Shown here: positions 1-11,310 of the stretch, in pieces
Numbering within the stretch: the stretch's first letter is position 1
Layout: each line of letters opens with the position of its first letter
NCBI RefSeq assembly: GCF_006345805.1
Contig: NC_043001.1
Coordinates: 51,088,001 to 51,152,000, forward strand
Source of the DNA: Octopus sinensis
Lineage: Eukaryota
Direction: 5' to 3'
DNA length: 64,000 bases
Notes under the pieces: model-generated
The model's database searches: none
What the model saw: the letters and a program-made list of their open reading frames with translations, nothing else
Told to the model about the DNA's origin: nothing
Translations under genes and position numbers: made by a program

Positions 1-290
1 ACCCTACACTTCCTCTCTAGCTCAACATATTTCTCTCACTGTTCCAGAATATTAATGTTTTCTTGTCTCATTAATAGACTGCGTTATTCTCCATTTCCAC
101 CATGGTTCCTTCAGGTTATGTTGTCTTTTACCTTTTGCATTCAAATCTAATTTCTGGGCTACAAAGATCGATATGACACTTATCAGATCGTTGGCATCTG
201 TGATGTTGTCAGTCCTGATATCACCAGTGATATTTATCTTCCTGACCCATTCACTGAGTTTCATTTTTGTCTACTATTTTCAACACCGTA
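1..290 (-). mobile_element. Fragment of an R4/Dong-like non-LTR retrotransposon ORF (region upstream of RT), running off the window edge
   Basis: ORF 52..264 reads ...DANDLISVISIFVAQKL...KEPWWKWRITQSINETRKH, matching my recollection of the T.T.N.L.Y...PWW.RR...I...RK pattern of R4/Dong-type elements. Recognition only, no search run. Confidence 0.55.
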
Positions 291-2157
291 TAAAAGCTCT
301 GTTCACCAGGTTCAAATATCAATGATTTCATTTAAAATGATAAACAAAAACAAAAAAAAAAATGAGAAGCGGGAGGAGAAATTTTTAACTGACTTTCTTT
401 GGTGTAGATTGGTAGGAATATTTTAAGACAAGCAAAAAAAATAAATTGAAAAGAGGCTGAAGAAATTTTAAACTGACTTTCTTTGGTGTAGATTGGTAGG
501 AATATTTTAAGACAGGTAGGAATATTTTAAGACAAGCAAAAAAAATAAATTGAAAAGAGGTTGAAGAAATTTTAAACTGACTTTCTTTGGTGTAGATTGG
601 TAGGAATATTTTAAGACAGGTAGGAATATTTTAAGACAAGCAAAAAAAATAAATTGAAAAGAGGTTGAAGAAATTTTAAACTGACTTTCTTTGGTCTAGA
701 TTGGTAGGAATATTTTAAGACAAGCGAAAAAAATAAATTGAAAAGAGGCTGAAGAAATTTTAAACTGACTTTCTTTGGTGTAGATTGGTAGGAATATTTT
801 AAGACAAGCAAAAAAAATAAATTGAAAAGAGGTTGAAGAAATTTTAAACTGACTTTCTTTGGTCTAGATTGGTAGGAATATTTTAAGACAAGCAAAAAAA
901 ATAAATTGAAAAGAGGCTGAAGAAATTTTAAACTGACTTTCTTTGGTGTAGATTGGTAAGAATATTTTAAGACAGGTAGGAATATTTTAAGACATGCAAA
1001 AAAATAAATTGAAAAGAGGTTGAAGAAATTTTAAACTGACTTTCTTTGGTGTAGATTGGTAGGAATATTTTAAGACAAGCAAAAAAAATAAATTGAAAAG
1101 AGGTTGAAGAAATTTTAAACTGACTTTCTTTGGTGTAGATTGGTAGGAATATTTTAAGACAAGCAAAAAAAATAAATTGAAAAGAGGTTGAAGAAATTTA
1201 AAATGACTTTCTTGGTGTAGATTGGTAGGAATATTTTAAGACAAGCAAAAAAATAAATTGAGAAGAGGTTGAAGAAATTTTAAACTGACTTCTTTGGTGT
1301 AGATTGGCAGAATATTTTAAGACAATCAAAAAAAATAAATTGAAAAGAGGTTGAAGAAATTTTAACTGAACTTTCTGTTGTAGATTGGTAGGAATATTTT
1401 AAGACAAGCAAAAAAAATAAATTGAAAAACGGCTGAAGAAATTTTAAACTGACTTTTTTTGGCATTGTGCTGCTAGCCTCATGGTAAAGCTGTCCTCCTA
1501 TTACAGTACCTAGGTAAGAATATTTGAAGATAAACAAAAAAACCAAGCAAAGAGGGAGAAGAATCTTTAACTGACTTTCTTTTGCATTGTGCTACTAGCC
1601 TCATGGCAAAGCAGTCTTTTCATGAGAGAGGATAGGTAGGAATATTTGAAGATCATAACCAAAAAAAAAACAAAGTGGGAGAAGAAATTTGTAACCAACT
1701 TTCTTTGGTATAGCTAGGCAGGAATATTTTAAGATAAACAAAAACAAAAAAAAAATGAAAAAAGGGAGAAGGCATATTAAACTGACATTCTTTGGTGTTG
1801 TGCCGCTAGCCTCATTAGAGTACCTAGGTAGGAATATTAGAAGATAAACAAGAAAAAAAATAAATTGAAAAGAGGCTGAAGACATTTGTAAACTGACTTT
1901 CTTTGGCTTTGTGCTGCTAGCGACATGGTTAGGGTGTCTCTTCATTAGAGTTGCTAGGTAGGAATATTTGAAGATGATAAAAAAATAAAAGGAAAGAGTG
2001 AGAAGAAATTTTCAACTGACTTTCTTAGGCCTAGGTTGGTAGGAATATTTGAAAATAACCAAAAATAAAATGAAAAAGAGAGAAGAAATTTTAAACTGAC
2101 TTTCTTTGTCTTTGTGCTGCTAGCCTCATGGCTAAGCTGTCTTTTCATTAGAGTAGT

Positions 2158-2529
2158 TACTCTTTTACTTGTTTCAGTCATTTGACTGTGTCCATGCTGG
2201 AGCACTGCCTTTAGTCGAGCAAATCAACCCCAGGACTTATTCCTTGTAAGCCTTGTACTTATTCTATCGGTCTCATTTGCTGAACCGCTAAGTTATGGGG
2301 ACGTAACCACACCAGCATCAGTTGTCAAGCGATGCTGGAGGGACAAACACAGACACACAAATACATGTATATATACATATATATTTAAGTTTAGCAAATC
2401 CACTCACAAGGCTTTAGTCGGCCTGAGACTATAGTAGAAGACACTTGCCCAAGATGTTGTGCAGTGGGACTGAACCCAGAACCATGTGGTTGGTAAGCAA
2501 GCTACTTACCACACATCCACTCCTGTGCC
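2158..2529 (-). mobile_element. tRNA-derived SINE, family A, inserted in the satellite
   Basis: On the minus strand: head gtggtaagtagcttgcttaccaaccacatggttctgggttcagtccc (A/B-box-like) and tail aaatgactgaaacaagtaaaagagta. The same sequence recurs about 10 times in the window. Confidence 0.85.
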
Positions 2530-2826
2530 TAGGAATATTTGAAGAACATAAAAAAATAGAGGGAGAGAAAATTTTAAACTGACTATCTATGGTGTAGACT
2601 GGTAGGAATATTTTAAGATAAGAAAATAAAACAGAAGAAATGAAAAGAGGGAGAAGAAATTTTAATCTGACTTTCTTTGGCATTGTGCTGCTAGACTCAT
2701 CATAAAATCGTCTTTTCATTACAATGCCTAGGTAAGAATATTTGAAGATAAACAAAAAAACAAGCAAAGGGGGAGACGAATCTTTAACTGACTTTCTTTG
2801 GTGCAGCTATGTAGGAATATTTAAGA

Positions 2827-3212
2827 CTAGCAGTATCGCCCGGCGTTGCTCAGGTTTGTAAGGGAAATAACTATAAAGCATTTTTAGAGAGTTATAGCCA
2901 AAAAATAGCAAAAAAATGGGAAAAAAATGATGGTAAATTTTTTTTTGAGAGTAAAAAAGGTTGAGTTGCGTCCCCTAGACAGTCTGTGGTTTGTTTTTTT
3001 TTATTCTCGACCCCATGTCGAATTTATCGATTTTTTTCAGAACTGGGGGAACTTTTCAAAATTTTCGCTGCGTTAGTTTTGAATTATGACATTGGGCTAT
3101 GTGTGTGTCAAGTTTCATCAGAATCGGTTGAAAGCCGTGGTCAGGGTGAGGGTACGAGAAAACAGACACACAGAAACACGCACAGACAAACTGCCGTTTA
3201 TATAGAGAGAGA
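2827..3212 (-). mobile_element. Non-autonomous Helitron (386 bp)
   Basis: The minus strand begins TC(TCTCTATATA) and ends with GC-rich palindrome acgccgggcg then CTAG. It sits between A and T of the satellite motif ttaaga|taaac with no TSD, all canonical Helitron hallmarks. Confidence 0.8.
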
Positions 3213-3289
3213 TAAACAATAAAGAAAATGAGATGAGGTCAAAATTTTAAACTGATATTCTTTGGCATTGTGCTAAAAGCTTATAATGG

Positions 3290-4106
3290 AATTGAAGGTT
3301 GAGATACCTGTGGAGTATTTCCATCTCCCATTATAATTGTTTCTGTAGTTTTGAGGATCTGGAACGGGTCGCCTATTTGTGACGTCCGTGCGAAGCGAGG
3401 TGATGAGAATGGAATGGCTCCTTAGTACATCACACGGTCGATACAATGAATATAAATAGAATAATGTATATACGTGCCAGAGGGAAATAAGAGACTCAAC
3501 CAGGTAGAATGTTTAAGAGAAGATTTATTGATATGTTAACATGTGTGATTGTGTGTGCGGCATATATACAGAATAATAGACAGGATGTCATAAGAATAAG
3601 ATATATGCGTGTGTATGTAGGCATAGATGTATGCGCGTTAAGAACATATAAGGATAGCGATGAAGAAGAGACAGTGAAAGAGTCTAGCCATCAAAGTGAG
3701 GAGTAAGTTCATAGACACAAGGATGATAAATACCAGTTCGTAGTCAATTGTACATGGTAGTTGAAATACTGTATCAAGAAGTTGCGGCGATGATGCAGAG
3801 CCGGTTGCGGTACATATCGTACGTGAAGTTGTGGCTGTGATGCAGCTGCCTGGGTCACTTGGTACAGGAGTTCTTGAAGGTTGTATATTCGCTGTTGATC
3901 CATGGTGAAGTAATTCGCGAACAGTGCAGTGTTGTAACCAGGGCGAGTTGCTTGTTGTGATGCGTACGTAGAGAGATGTTGACGTTAGGACGAATGACAG
4001 AGATGGAGCTTACCAAATGCTGTTGGACGAAGTTGGTGAGTCCCATGTGGCTGCTGTTGTGTTGTCGCTGGAACTGGCGGTGTCTTGTGTGGTCAGTGGC
4101 CAGACA
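3290..4106 (-). mobile_element. Truncated LTR retrotransposon: 5' LTR (4106-3378), PBS and gag start
   Basis: Minus strand TGTCTGGCC...AATAAA...GACGTCACA (TG..CA termini, ~729 bp), then aa-TAGGCGACCCGTT (resembles the TGGCGACC-type PBS of Ty3/gypsy elements), then ATG GGA GAT GGA... No second LTR seen. Confidence 0.5.
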
Positions 4107-4755
4107 TTAAAAGATCTGGAACCAAATGACAAAATCTTTATTATAATCATACGATCTTACATAGATTTGGACATAACAAGACAAACAAATACAAAGAATG
4201 TTATGAGAGTTCGAATGAGACTTAAAAATTTAGTTGTACTATGACATAAACGAAAACTTGGCTTACTTTTGCCTTTAAACGAATCATTGGCTTACTTTTG
4301 TCTTTATAACGAGAACTTTAGTGCGTTTTTTTAAAAATAACATTAGAAAACATAACATATGTTAAAATGAAAAGGGGGAGGAGTGCAGTAGCCTATAACC
4401 CAGTAGCCTATAAGGCCCAGCAACTAATTTTTCCTTTCTTTGATGATTAAGCTGGGTTATTAACACCCACCTTTCTCATCACATCCTTCCAAAGTCTGGA
4501 ACCAAATGACATCGAGACGATGAGAAGCTGGAGTTTTATAAGGAGTTGAGGCTCAAAGCTGGGTAGAAAACAGGCTGTCACGCATGACCTTATTTGAAGG
4601 CTGTGATTGGTTGGGTTGCATATTGGCATGCACTAGAGCAAGAGACAAATTGCGTCAATATCAACCAATCAGAGTAGTGGACACAACAGGGTCCAAAATG
4701 CGGTCAAAGGCTAGCTGTTATCTACTACGTTCATATGCATATATAATAGAGAGGA
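4107..4755 (-). mobile_element. Unclassified non-autonomous element, possibly the 5' part of a Helitron
   Basis: Non-satellite insert. The minus strand starts TCTCTATTATATATGC, similar to the 5' end of the 2827-3212 Helitron. Contains tctggaaccaaatgac twice (~4116, ~4496) and opposed CCAAT boxes. No 3' CTAG end identified. Confidence 0.3.
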
Positions 4756-6802
4756 GAAGAATTTCACTCAAGTGTCTGCTACAAGCCTCATGGCAAAGCA
4801 GTCTTTTCTTGAGAGTAGCTAGGCAGGAATATTTGAAGATAAACCAAGAAAAGCAAAGTGGGAGAAAAATTTTTTAACAGACTTTCTTTGGCGTAGCTAG
4901 GTATGAATATTTTAAGACAAACAAAAAAAATAAATGAAAAAAGGGAGGATTATTAAACTGACTTTTATGGCGTTGTGCTGCTAGCCTCATGGCAAAGCCG
5001 TCTTTTCATTAAAGTACCTAGTTTAGAACATTAGAGGACAAACAAGAAAAAACAAGATGAAGGAATCTTTAACTGACTTTCTTTTGCGTAGCTATGTCAG
5101 AATATTTGAAGATAAACAAGAAAAAAAATTGAAAAGCGGCTGAAAAAATTTAAAACTGACTTTCTTTAGCGTTGTGCTGCTAGCCTCATGGTAAAGCTGT
5201 CTCTTCATTAGAGTAGCTAGGTAGGAATATTTAAAGAAGATAAACAACAAAAATAAAGGGAGAATAAATTTTTACCTGACTTTCTTTGGCGTAGACTGAT
5301 ATGAATAATTTAATATAAACAAAAAAAGAAAATGAAAAAAGGGAGGAATATTAAACTGACTTCTATGGCGTTGTGCTGCTAGCCTTATGGCAAAGCCGTC
5401 TTTTCATTAAAGTACCTAGTTTAGAACATTAGAGGACAAACAAAAAAGAAAACAAGATGAAGGAATCTTTAACTGACTTTCTTTTGCGTAGCTATGTCAG
5501 AATATTTGAAGATAAACAAGAAAAAAATTGAAAAGAGACTGAAATAATTAAAACTGACTTTCTTTAGCGTTGTGCTGCTAGCCTCATGGTAAAGCTGTCT
5601 CTTCATTAAAGTAGCTAGGTAGGAATATTTAAAGAAGATAAACAACAAAAATAAAGGGAGAATAAATTTTTACCAGACTTTCTTTGGCGTAGACTGATAT
5701 GAATAATTTAATATAAACAAAAAAAATGAAAAAATAGAGAAGGAATATTAAACTGACGTTCGTTTGGCATTGTGCTGCTAGCCTCATGGCAAAGCAAACT
5801 TTGCATTAGAGTAGCCAGGTAGGAATATTTAAAGATAAACAAGAAAATATGAAGAAATCTTTGACTTTCTGTGGCGTAGCTAATTAGGACTATTTGAAGA
5901 TAAAAAAAAAGAGGGAGAAGAAATTTTCTAGTGATTTTCTTTGGCATAGGAAGATTTGAAGGTAAGTAAAAAAATAAAAATAATAAATTTTAAACTGATG
6001 TTCTTTGGCACTGTACTGCTAGCCTCATGGATAAATTGTCTTTTCCTTGGAGTAGCAAGGTAGGAATACTTGAAGATAAACATTGATGAACACAAAAAAT
6101 AAAAAATTAAAAGAGGGCAAAGAAATTTTAAATTGACTTTTTTTTTTTTTGGCGTTGTGGTGCTAGCCTAATAGCAAAGCTGTCATTTCATTAAAGTACC
6201 TAGGTAAGAATATTTGCAGAACAAAAAAAAAGAGGGAGGAACATTTTTTAACTGACTTTCTTTGGCATAGCTATGTAGGAATATTTGAAGGTAAACAAAA
6301 AAGAAAAAAAGCAGGAGAAATTTTAAACTGACTTTCTTGTGTTGCTAGCCTCACGGCTTTCCATTAGAGTAGTTAGGCAGGAATATTTGAAGATAAACAG
6401 GAAAAAAACTAAATTGAAAAGAGGCTGAAGAAATTTTAAACTGACTTTCTTTGGTGTTGTGCTGCTAGCATCATGGTAAAGCTGTCTCTTCATTAAAGTA
6501 GCTAGGTAGGAATATTTGAAGAAAATAAAGAAAATATTAAATTTTTAACTGAAACTGACTCTCTTTGACCTAGCTAGGTAGGAATATTTAAAGATAAAAA
6601 AAAAAACAATGAAAAAAGGGAGAAGAAATTTTAAACTGACTTTCTTTGCCGCATGGCAAAACTGTCTTTTTATTAGAGTAGCTAGGTATGAATATTTGAA
6701 GAAAAACAACAACAAAAAAAAAAACAAGAAAATGTGGAGAAGAAATTTTAAACTGATTCTCTGTGGCATTGTGCTGTTAATCTCAGTGCAAAGCCGTCTT
6801 TC

Positions 6803-7033
6803 CATGATGTCTTGCAAACAACTTGCACATGCAAGTGCTACCAGTTAGAAGCTCCGTATACCGGAAGCTAGCAAGTGTATGGGGTCATCAGGAGAGAATG
6901 CGCGCCGTTTCGGGGCCTACCTCTCGACGGCATCAATGCGCACCGGCCCCCCTCACTGATGTGAGGCCCCGCTTCCTAGATCAACTGGTTATGAAGAACT
7001 CAATATACTTCTAGCCATCGCTCATCGTCTCTT
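6803..7033 (-). ncRNA. GC-rich structured island with hammerhead-like core motifs; probably the 3' end of a retroelement
   Basis: Minus strand has GCCGUC|GAGAG...GGCCCC-GAAA-CGGC...CUCUC-CUGAUGA-CCCC. Stems I and III pair perfectly, but stem II is non-canonical. The insert splits one satellite monomer (gccgtctttccat | tagtagctagg). Confidence 0.35.
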
Positions 7034-7699
7034 TAGTAGCTAGGTAGGAATATCTGAAGAAGAAAAAAACAAAATTGAAAAGTAGCTGAATGAATTTTTA
7101 ACTGACTTTCTTTGGCGTAGCTAGGTAGGAATATTTTAAGATAAACAATAAAAAAAATGAAAAAAGGAAGAATGAATATTAAACTGATATTCTTTGGCAT
7201 TGTGCTGTTAGCCTTATGGCAAAGCTGTCGTTTCATTAGAACACCTAGGTAGGAATATTTGAGGAAGATAAGAAAATAAGAAATTTTTAACTGACTTTCT
7301 TTTGCGTAAATATGTAGGAATATTTGAACAAAAATAAAATGAAAAGAGGGAGAAGTTTTAAACTGACATTATTTGGCTTTGTGTTGCTAGCTTCATGGCA
7401 AAGCCGTCTTTTCATTAGAGTACTTAGGTTGGAATATTTCAAGAAGGTAAGCAAAAAAATAAGAAAAGATGAAGAAATCTTGGTTAAACTAAAGCGTTAC
7501 ACCCGGTCATAAAAACAAAAAAAAAGTAGTGTAATAGGCGTAAAACAACTTCCTCTAAACGAATATGAAAATAAAAAATGCGCGCTCGCGAAAGGGGGGT
7601 GGGGGAGAGGCTTCGGAAAATTCACATCGTGAATTTTCGAAAGCGTCTGAGGGGATGACCCCGGCACAAAAACAAACAAAAAAAAAATAGTGTAATATA

Positions 7700-10600
7700 A
7701 TTCAAGATGGCGCCGAACTAGCAAGTCGTGTAAATATACCTCTCTGAAAGTTTAGTAGAACCTCCAAGAGATCGATGTTATCAGAAGTGAAGTTACCTGT
7801 AAAGTAAATATAGTAGGAAAGTGCGACAAGTACACTGTATTTGAGAAGGATATTTTTGCGTTTGATGTAGTATATGCAGCTAAAGGATAACCTATCCGAC
7901 GCGAAGATATCAGTAACCGAACACATGTGCTGAAGCCACGTGTTGCAAAGGGATATACAAAGAAAGAAAAATTTGCTGCTCTGTTCACCCTGCTAGCTTT
8001 TCCTTTTAAAAAGCTACGGCCTGATATCAAATTGTTCAAATATTAAATTTGCAAGCTGATCAAAACATAAAAACAAAACATAAAATATTGCATCTACGAA
8101 CATCGGAACTCTCTTTTTTGTTTACAAAACGCAAGCAAGATATTGAAAACAGGAACATCGAAGGTCTGTCTTTTTATATCTCTCTTTCTTCTAAAACAAA
8201 ATGAAGGTATGTGTTCTCTCAACCAGAAGAGCTACAAGGGCAAAAGCAGGAGCATCTGCAAATTCTACCTGAAAGGAGACTGCTGGCATGGCGACGATGG
8301 TGCAAACTGTCGTTTTGCACATCAGAAGCCCTGCCAAAACCGCATGGACCCAAGACAAAAATCCCTCCCGCAGGGAGAACAAAAAGAAAAAGAAAAATAT
8401 CAAAGAAGGAAGAATGGCGCACTGACTACTCCTGAAAGACGATATGCAGATGTAGTGCGTGGTCCAAAAAAGATACTGCATAGCCCAACAAATGGCCAGC
8501 TTCACCCAGATGTGAGAAGGGCAGCAGCTGAACAGCAATCTTTTTTTGTGCATGGCACAAAAAATTGTCCAGTAGCTGACCTGGCTACAAACACAAAGCT
8601 GGAACTACCACCACATAAGGCCACCACCAACAGATGCAGGATGGCCACCACAAACACCAACACACACACCACAAAAATATTTCTACTGAACGTAGGAGGG
8701 CTGCTGCGCGGCAACTGTAAAAGGAAAATCTCATTCCTGAGAGACCTTGCGGCATGCAATCAAACTATATGCATGGCACTCATAGAAACGCATCTTGGAC
8801 CTGATATAGGGGTTGCAGAAATAAACATACCACAATATGTTGTCATATGCTCAGATAGAAAAGGGAGGAGTCATGGTGGAGTTGCAGTGTACATCCGAGA
8901 TGACCTCACGCCCCAGATCCTGTTGTCATATTCAAACTCAGTGTGTGACACTCAAATTGTACACATAAGACAACTGAATATCGTCATATGTACTACATAT
9001 CGCCCACCGGATGCCCCAAATCACACAGGCATGTTTGAAGACTGCCTAACAAAAATAGGGGAAGTTCTCACCAGCCTGGAATAACACAACAGTGTATTCT
9101 TCATGGGTGACTTTAACTTCCCCAATGTGGAATGGCCTGGGGGGCAGATGCTCCCAGGGATGACACACCATCAGCAAGCACAGACAGAGTCCCTGCTCCA
9201 TCTCACAAATGTCTCTTTCATGGAGCAAATAGTGTTGCAACCAACCAGGGCAAATAATATACTGGATCTCTGCTTCACAAACAATATGGATATTATCCAT
9301 AATGTTAAAGTGATGCCGACAATGATCTCGGATCACAACATAATAGAGCTGTCTATGTATGGACCAAAAGTCCCCGCAGACACACAGCCTATACGAAGCA
9401 TCCACAATCTCTCCAAATTAAACTTTCATAAAGCAAATTGGAAGTTGATTGAGAAAGAGATCCTGAAACAGGATTGGCCTAAATGTCTCTCCACACCAGA
9501 CATTGGCATGAAACACAACGTTTCATGTCCATAATACAAGTCATATGTGACAAATATGTCCTAGTGTGCAGGGCCAGCACACACAAAATCAGGATCCCCA
9601 GAGAAAGGGAGATTCTTATGAGACGACGGACAAGGATTGCGAACCACCTGAGCAAGCACACCAAAAGTGGTGAGAAGTCTTGTCTCGAGAGAATGCTAAT
9701 GGAAATTGAGAAAAGTCTGCATCAGTCTCATGAAAAGGAGAGAGCAGATAAAGAAGCTTGGTTAATAGAAAATATCAAGTCAAACCCTAAAGCTTTCTTT
9801 AAGTTTGCCAAAGAGACAGCCACAGTGCACCAGAGAATAGGACCTCTCTTCCAAAAAGATGGCTCTCTCACAGGAAATCCCACGAGGATAAGTGAAATAC
9901 TGAACGAACAGTTCCAAAGTGTGTTTACTACACCTCTAGGACACAGGCAAATAAACAACCCAGAAGAATTCTTTGTCACTTTACCTGTGGCCAAAGAGGC
10001 AACAGTTGAGTACATCAACATTGAAGATGATGATATCACACTGGTCATAGATGAGATTGACACAAACTCAGCTGCTGGACGTGATGGATTTCCAGCGATC
10101 TGTCTCAAATCGTGCAAACGAGCCCTTGCAAAACCGCTACAGCTTCTTTTTCAGAGCTTTCTTGCAAGTGGTAAGCTCCCAGTCAAATTGAAAGATGGGG
10201 TAATATACCCTGTCCATAAGGGAGGAAACAGAGCAGATGCTAAAAATTATAGGCCTATCTCTCTGACCTCACACATCAGCAAAGTCATGGAACGAATAGT
10301 CCGCAAGAAACTAATCATGTTCCTTGTAGAAAATGACTTGCTGACTGACACCCAGAATGGATTTCGACCAGGTAGAAGCTGCCTAACACAGCTCCTGCAA
10401 CACTATGACTGGATGTTAAAACAGCTACTAAATGACTCAAATGTAGATATGATATATCTCGACTTTGCAAAAGCCCTTGATAAAGTCGACCATGGTATAA
10501 TCTGTCACAAACTACGTGGTCTCGGCATAGGCGGAAAACTTGGAGAGTGGCTGCACAACTTCCTAAAAAATAGAAAGCAGGCAGTTGTGGCCAATGGAGC

Positions 10601-11310
10601 TACCTCCAAGGAAACACAAATAACAAGCGGTGTTCCACGGGGCACTGTCTTGGGGCCACTGCTGTTCATAGTGGCCCTTTCAGACATGCCCTCAGTTGCT
10701 AAGATGGCCTCCCTCGATAGCTATGCAGATGACACAAAAGTCTCCCACACAATACAAAACCCTGAAAATATTGCACATCTGCAATGGGAGTTGGATACAA
10801 TATACAGGTGGGCTGAGGACAACAACATGCAGTTTAATGCAGGGAAGTCCCAGGCCCTGCGCTACCGGCACACAAAGGTAAACGACATGCAGACTGGATA
10901 CCCTGGCCCAGGAAGAACTGTAATTCCTGAGTCAAAATCAGTGCGTGACCTGGGCATCTTTCCAAGTGCATATTACTAATTTGGTGATAAAATGCAGGCG
11001 GCTAGCTGGATGGATTCTCCGAATTTCAGAACAAGAGAGAAGGAGACACTGATGGTCCTGTGGAAAACTTTCGTTCTCAGCCGCTTGGATTACTGCTCCC
11101 AACTATGGTCACCACACAATAACAGCAGAACTCGAAGCAATTCAACGAAGCTACACTAAGAAGATCATCTCAATGCAACATATCAGCTACTGAGAAAGAC
11201 TGAAAGTATTAAAACTCTTCTCCCTGGAGTGAAGGCGGGAGAGATATGCAGTGATATACATCTGGAAAATCCTGGAGGGTCTTGTCCCAAACTTTGGCAT
11301 TCAATTCTCC
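7700..11310 (+). mobile_element. Near full-length, 3'-truncated CR1-group LINE with CCCH zinc finger, APE endonuclease and RT (disrupted)
   Basis: 5' AAGATGGCG motif at ~7703. CCCH finger CKFYLKGDCWHGDDGANCRFAH. APE motifs LNVGGL, IETHL, GGVAVY, YRPP, GDFN, LDL, SDH. RT motifs YRPISLTS, GFRPGRSC, YLDFAKALD, GVPRGTVLGP, YADD. C-terminal SRLDYCSQLWSP and ERLKVLKLFSLE.RRERY. One in-frame TAA at 9082-9084 and frameshifts near 9500 and 10960. Confidence 0.92.

Larger units (their letters stand above)
345..7480. repeat. Satellite array with short (~78-84 bp) and long (~115-125 bp) monomers, interrupted by several insertions
   Basis: Short monomer: aaattttaaactgactttctttggtgtagattggtaggaatattttaagacaagcaaaaaaaataaattgaaaagaggttgaag (84 bp), near-identical copies ~400-1440. 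The long variant adds ~38 bp (tgtgctgctagcctcatggtaaagctgtctcttcatta). Confidence 0.95.

Noticed and set aside
5170-5215. tRNA D-arm-like TAGCCTCATGGTAAAGC in long monomers
   Set aside because: No B-box or cloverleaf follows; resemblance may be chance.
611-7236. Many 60-115 aa ORFs with repeated KKVSLKFL/LKYSY peptides
   Set aside because: They are translations of the satellite; an 84-bp monomer (28 codons) keeps frame by arithmetic. No evidence of coding.
345-7480. Satellite as a CRISPR-like array, or as a hammerhead-containing satellite (minus strand CTAATGA...GAAAGTC)
   Set aside because: No unique spacers and no cas genes. The motif lacks the essential G of CUGANGA and no stem II can form.
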